From Podarcis tiliguerta (taxonomy: Eukaryota), in the NCBI GenBank assembly GCA_965153285.1, contig OZ229117.1: a DNA stretch of 64,000 bases, one strand, 5' to 3'. The notes beneath the pieces were generated by a model, which did not search any database, was not told the DNA's origin, and was given only the letters and a program-made list of their open reading frames with translations. Positions within the stretch are counted from its first letter, which is position 1. Each line of letters starts with the position of its first letter. Both the position numbers and the translations under genes were made by a program. Below are positions 60,078 through 64,000 of this stretch, in pieces.

Positions 60078-60232
60078 AGGAAGCTGCCTTAGACTGAGTC
60101 AGGCCATTGGTCCATCTAGCTAAATATTGTCTACCCTGGCTGACAGTGGCTCTCTGAGATTTCAGACGTGGCCCTTCTTGGAGATGCCAGGGATTGAACC
60201 CAGGACCTTCTGCATGCAAAGGAGGTGCCTAC
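60078..60232 (-). mobile_element. Squam3-like SINE
   Basis: AGGAAGCTGCCTTAGACTGAGTCAGGCCATTGGTCCATCTAGC...GGGATTGAACCCAGGACCTTCTGCATGCAAA. Confidence 0.8.
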
Positions 60233-60362
60233 CCCATGTGGGTGTTGGATTGCAACTCCCATTAGCCCCAGCCAGCATGGCCAGGGGTCAGGCACAGTGC
60301 TTGGTAGGACCGGAGGATGCTAGCTGATACTGACCTATGGTTCACCTAGCTCAGCAATTCTC

Positions 60363-60800
60363 TAGGAATGGATGAATCTGTGTATTTTGTTATCTCCCAG
60401 TGTCTTTTTTTCTTTCTTTTCCAAATCGTAAATTCAGTTCACCTTTCCTCAGTGATTGGCTTTCTTTTTTTTTTTACAAAAAATCCTCATGAAAATTTCC
60501 CAGCATTTTAGTATGGATTTCTACTGAACACACTTTTGTATGCAGTTTTGAAAGCCATTTCCCCCAGTGTATTGCATTTTTGTATGGGATTTTCAGTAAC
60601 AGATGCATCTTTATGAACACCTTTCCCTAGCATTTGCATCTTCGTGCCCATTATTAGGTTGGAGAAAGGCATTGCAAAATTCAGAGAAATGCAAAATTTG
60701 AAGAATACCTGGGTTTCTCTTTGTGTTTGGTTCGAGAAGTGCAGGTTTAGGTAGCTTCACATTCAGATGCAAACAAAGTTGAATTCTTCCCCCATCTCTA
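60363..60800 (-). mobile_element. Old non-autonomous DNA transposon, same family as 23697-24093
   Basis: TAGGAATGG...CCCCATCTCTA ends; internal CAGCATTTTAGT and GCATTGCAAAATT match the other copy in reverse. Confidence 0.5.
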
Positions 60801-62419
60801 GTCCACACTGGCTGGCGGCAGCTCTTCGGAAAAATTAGGGAGAGAATAGCATCCCTGAAGACTCTCTTTGTGTGTAATTGTAAGAGAGAAACTATGAAAC
60901 TGATGTGCACAGTTGAAACTTGTGCCTGGCGTTCTGCAAGTAGATAAAAGCAGAGGTTTGTTTCCATAGATTGCTGAAACATTATTTCTCTTGTTGCTGT
61001 TGTGAGCTACCTTTTAAGTTTCCCTTGGTTATGGAGAAGTTACATACAACTATTAAATCATACCAGACATTCGGTTGGAACTTTTAGGCTCCACGGTGAG
61101 CTACCCCCAACTGTTTACGCAACACACAAAAAGTCTCCCTTGGACACAGAAAGCAGGATCATAAAGAAAGAGTTGCCAATTTATTTATTGAGAGCATTTG
61201 GACCCCCTTCTTTAGCTAAAAAGGTTCCTGGAGTGGCTAACTTACATTCAATTAAAATAAGACAGTCCTCTGCCCACACAGGCTTACAATCTAAGACAAG
61301 CATAACACACAAGGGGAAAGTGGCAAGGAGGGAAGAGGCAAGGGGGGAAACAAATTCAGGGACCAGTTCTTAAACAGTTGTCTCTTAAACAGTTGTTCTT
61401 ATAATGGTCAGCTTACATCAATCAGGTGTAGGAGTGTCTTCTGGCAAAGCTCATGGAATGAGCTCTGCTTCCCATCTCTTCTGCTGGTGGAATGGGTCAG
61501 ATGCTGGTAGAATACATGTTTAGAGCATCTTCCTTCTCTGTTTTGACTCCACACCTACCTGGAGGCCCCTTCAGGCATTCTTTTCATTGCACATTCATGA
61601 TGGTTCGTACTCACGATGCCTTCAATGCTCCATTGTGCCTGCAAGGTTTTGGAGGCATTCACACTGTTTTGGCACATAGGCTATAACTTCCTGCTGAAAT
61701 CTCGTCACTTTTCATACCAGATATACTCGGTAGTGATGTCCTGCTTTTGTTACACCATAGCTCCCTCTGGACAGCTATAACGCAGTAGCACTGAAGAGTC
61801 ATGCACTAAGATAGTGTCAAGAACAGGTTGCAGGACACATCCTCAAATAAAACACCAGCCGTGTGTATGTATGTCTGTGTGTGATCGTGATCTATAGTTT
61901 CCTGAGAAGCCTCTCATCCCATCTGCATACACAGGCTTGCCTTGCCCTCTGTCTCTTACTGCCCAACCTTTGTGCAGATTTCATCACTCTGCTTTTTCGT
62001 GGTTTATCCAGATTCTATATATTGCATTATTTGTGGAGCATGTTGTTGTTCCTTTCTAGTTTTTGAACGGTTTTTAAATGGATGTGAATGGATGCAGAAT
62101 AGAAATGTTCTAAAACATCTTTGCGCAAGGCAGGGTTCTTCCCTTCCCCAGCCTCCCCTCTCTTTTCTTTTCCACAACGAGGGAACTCTTTCAGAAGCCC
62201 TGGGTGCAATTGGTAGCCAAGGTTCTTTTAGTCTTACTGCAGATGCCCTTGCTGAGTCTTATTTTGCTTAAGGCTGGTGGCAAATTAAGAGAACTGCTGG
62301 GTTTTAATATTTCAAACAACCAGATCACTGGTAGTTTGGGACACGGGTAGTTGGATATGCTCATGATCTTCTTGGCATCTTGTGCATCTCCACATGAAAC
62401 CTGCACTGCAGAATCTAAT

Positions 62420-62530
62420 CTAGCCTTTGCCAACCTGGTGTTTTCCAGCTGTTTTTGAACGGCAGCTCCTTTCAGCCCCAGCTGAGTGGTAGTCCAAAGG
62501 AGCTGTAGGGCACCTGGTTGGCAAATGCTG
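62420..62530. mobile_element. hAT-type MITE
   Basis: TTTGCCAACCTGGTG...CACCTGGTTGGCAAA inverted ends. Confidence 0.65.
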
Positions 62531-62566
62531 GCCAAATTTATTGGGACTGAGACCTATGGAGACTTT

Positions 62567-62722
62567 GGTCACAACCGTACCATGCATTTAAAGCACATGA
62601 CTTTCCCCAAAGAATCCTGGGAACTGTAGTTTGCAACAGGTGTTGGGGATTGTAACTCTGTGGTGGGCGAACTACAGTTCCTAGGGTTCCTTCGGGGAAA
62701 GCTGTGTGGTGTGGATGTGACC
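62567..62722. mobile_element. Harbinger-like palindromic MITE
   Basis: GGTCACA/TGTGACC ends, TTT on both flanks, GGAACTGTAGTT/AACTACAGTTCC core. Confidence 0.65.
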
Positions 62723-64000
62723 TTTAACACAGTCAGCTTTTTTCTCCCTCCTGCTTTGCTAAATATCCAGCCTTTCTGAAGAGCCCTGGAGAACTCTGTA
62801 AAGCTGACTCACTATTCATTGACTGGCTTAATAAGGGTACTGCCCTGCTATGTATTTTGGAATTTTCCTTATGGGGCAACACAGGGGGGAAAAAACATAT
62901 TCTTTACTTGCAGAGAGTTCTATGTGTGCATACAAGGCCAGCAAGCACTTGGGATCAGGACTATGCCCAACAACCTATGCCCCAAACTACCAATGATGCC
63001 ACCTGCTTTATCAAATCCCTCCCTGCTTGGGCAAGGTCTCCCTCCAGACTCACCCCCCCCCATCCCGCCCAATTTTTCTGGTTAGAATAGAAAACGATGC
63101 GCTGTGTTTGGGACACCCTCCCCGTCCCCCCCAAAGTCCAGACCTTCTCCTCCATTTGGGTGTTTTAATTTCCCCTCCATATATAGTGTGTTGCTGTGAG
63201 CTATTTTTAGTCCCTTTCGGGACGCTTCCCTTTTTTTCCTTTTCCTTTTTTTCTTTTGCTAATTCGGGATCCTTTTGCGATAGCAGAGCTGCTCTGAGCC
63301 AGCCACAAGCACCTTCAGATCTCTGCTCTTTGGGGAATGCCCACAAATGGTCAGCAACAGAATCAGAGGGAGGGGGGACCCCATTTGGACCCCCTCTCCT
63401 CCTACAGGAGCACAGAGTACGACCCTCCAGGAAATTCCAGCAAGAGTCCCAAAAGCCCAGGGAGGACGTTAAGGCTACCATACATCTAAAACATGTTCTC
63501 CCACTCCCTCAAAAAGAAAAAAAAGGATTCCTGAGAAATATGTTTTAGCCCCTTGCAGAACTACAATCCCAAGCACCCTTAGCAAACTGCAGGTCCCAGG
63601 GTTCTGTGGGGGAGGCGTATGTGCTTGAAATAGCTGCTTTGCACTTGCTCTCAAATTCCCAGTGCTGCAGAAAAGAGCCCCCCTGCACCCCACTTTTCCA
63701 GCCTCCATCTGGATTACCCTTTGAGGTGGTGGATCTTTGCGTGTTCTGATTGAGACCCCTTGCAAAAAGGATTCTTTTGAGCAATGGCACCACCATAAAA
63801 AAATAATAATCAAAAAATCATTGACTACAGAGAGAGAGGGAGAGAAGGAGAAAGTTCCTTTCTGTTCCCCTGCCCACCTGCCACTGCAAACTTCCAAGGG
63901 AGCTGTTAAAACCGGTAATAGTTTAATTTCCCTTTTGGATTCCCTCTCTGCTCTCCGTGTGGTTTTTATTCTGACCTGGATGGGGTTTCACCGCATCAGG

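Larger units (their letters stand above)
54941..64000 (+). other. CASZ1: CASZ1 intron downstream of the coding exon
   Basis: Starts GTAAGG. The next expected exon (recalled as ...SLRDYAASTMTEFLGMFGY...) is absent from the ORF track, so it lies beyond 64000. Confidence 0.8.

Noticed and set aside
1-64000. CRISPR array, operon or prokaryote-type defence system
   Set aside because: No regularly spaced direct repeats with unique spacers and no gene-dense coding; the sequence is spliceosomal vertebrate DNA.

Overview
Eukaryotic vertebrate DNA from a squamate reptile, most likely a lacertid lizard, judged from Sauria/Squam1 SINEs, Squam3-like SINEs and CR1-tailed SINEs. The window lies inside the CASZ1 (castor zinc finger 1) gene on the + strand. 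It holds one confident coding exon, 54344-54940 (597 nt, phase 1-1), encoding the N-terminal AERTICTD...[23 protein letters not shown]...[19 protein letters not shown]...[18 protein letters not shown] segment. About 54 kb of upstream intron and about 9 kb of downstream intron flank it; neither the start-codon exon nor the next exon is recognisable in the called bases. The introns mix SINEs, CR1/L2 fragments, hAT, Tc1-mariner and Harbinger-like MITEs, microsatellites, four N gaps and many TE-free, homeobox-motif-rich blocks that look like conserved enhancers. There is no CRISPR array, intact tRNA/rRNA gene or prokaryotic system, and nearly all other ORFs in the track look spurious. The best leads are: (i) one CR1 3' tail fused to three different Pol III heads (tRNA-Lys, tRNA-Ile and a 5S rRNA internal control region); (ii) a possible internal promoter/alternative first exon near 36.6 kb; (iii) an in-frame internal splice donor that would delete the basic N-terminal motif; (iv) an in-frame acceptor opening into a conserved-looking block at 59.1 kb; (v) nested TE insertions and long TE hairpins. 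Gene identity and family names come from recalled sequences, not searches. Coordinates of decayed repeats are approximate.
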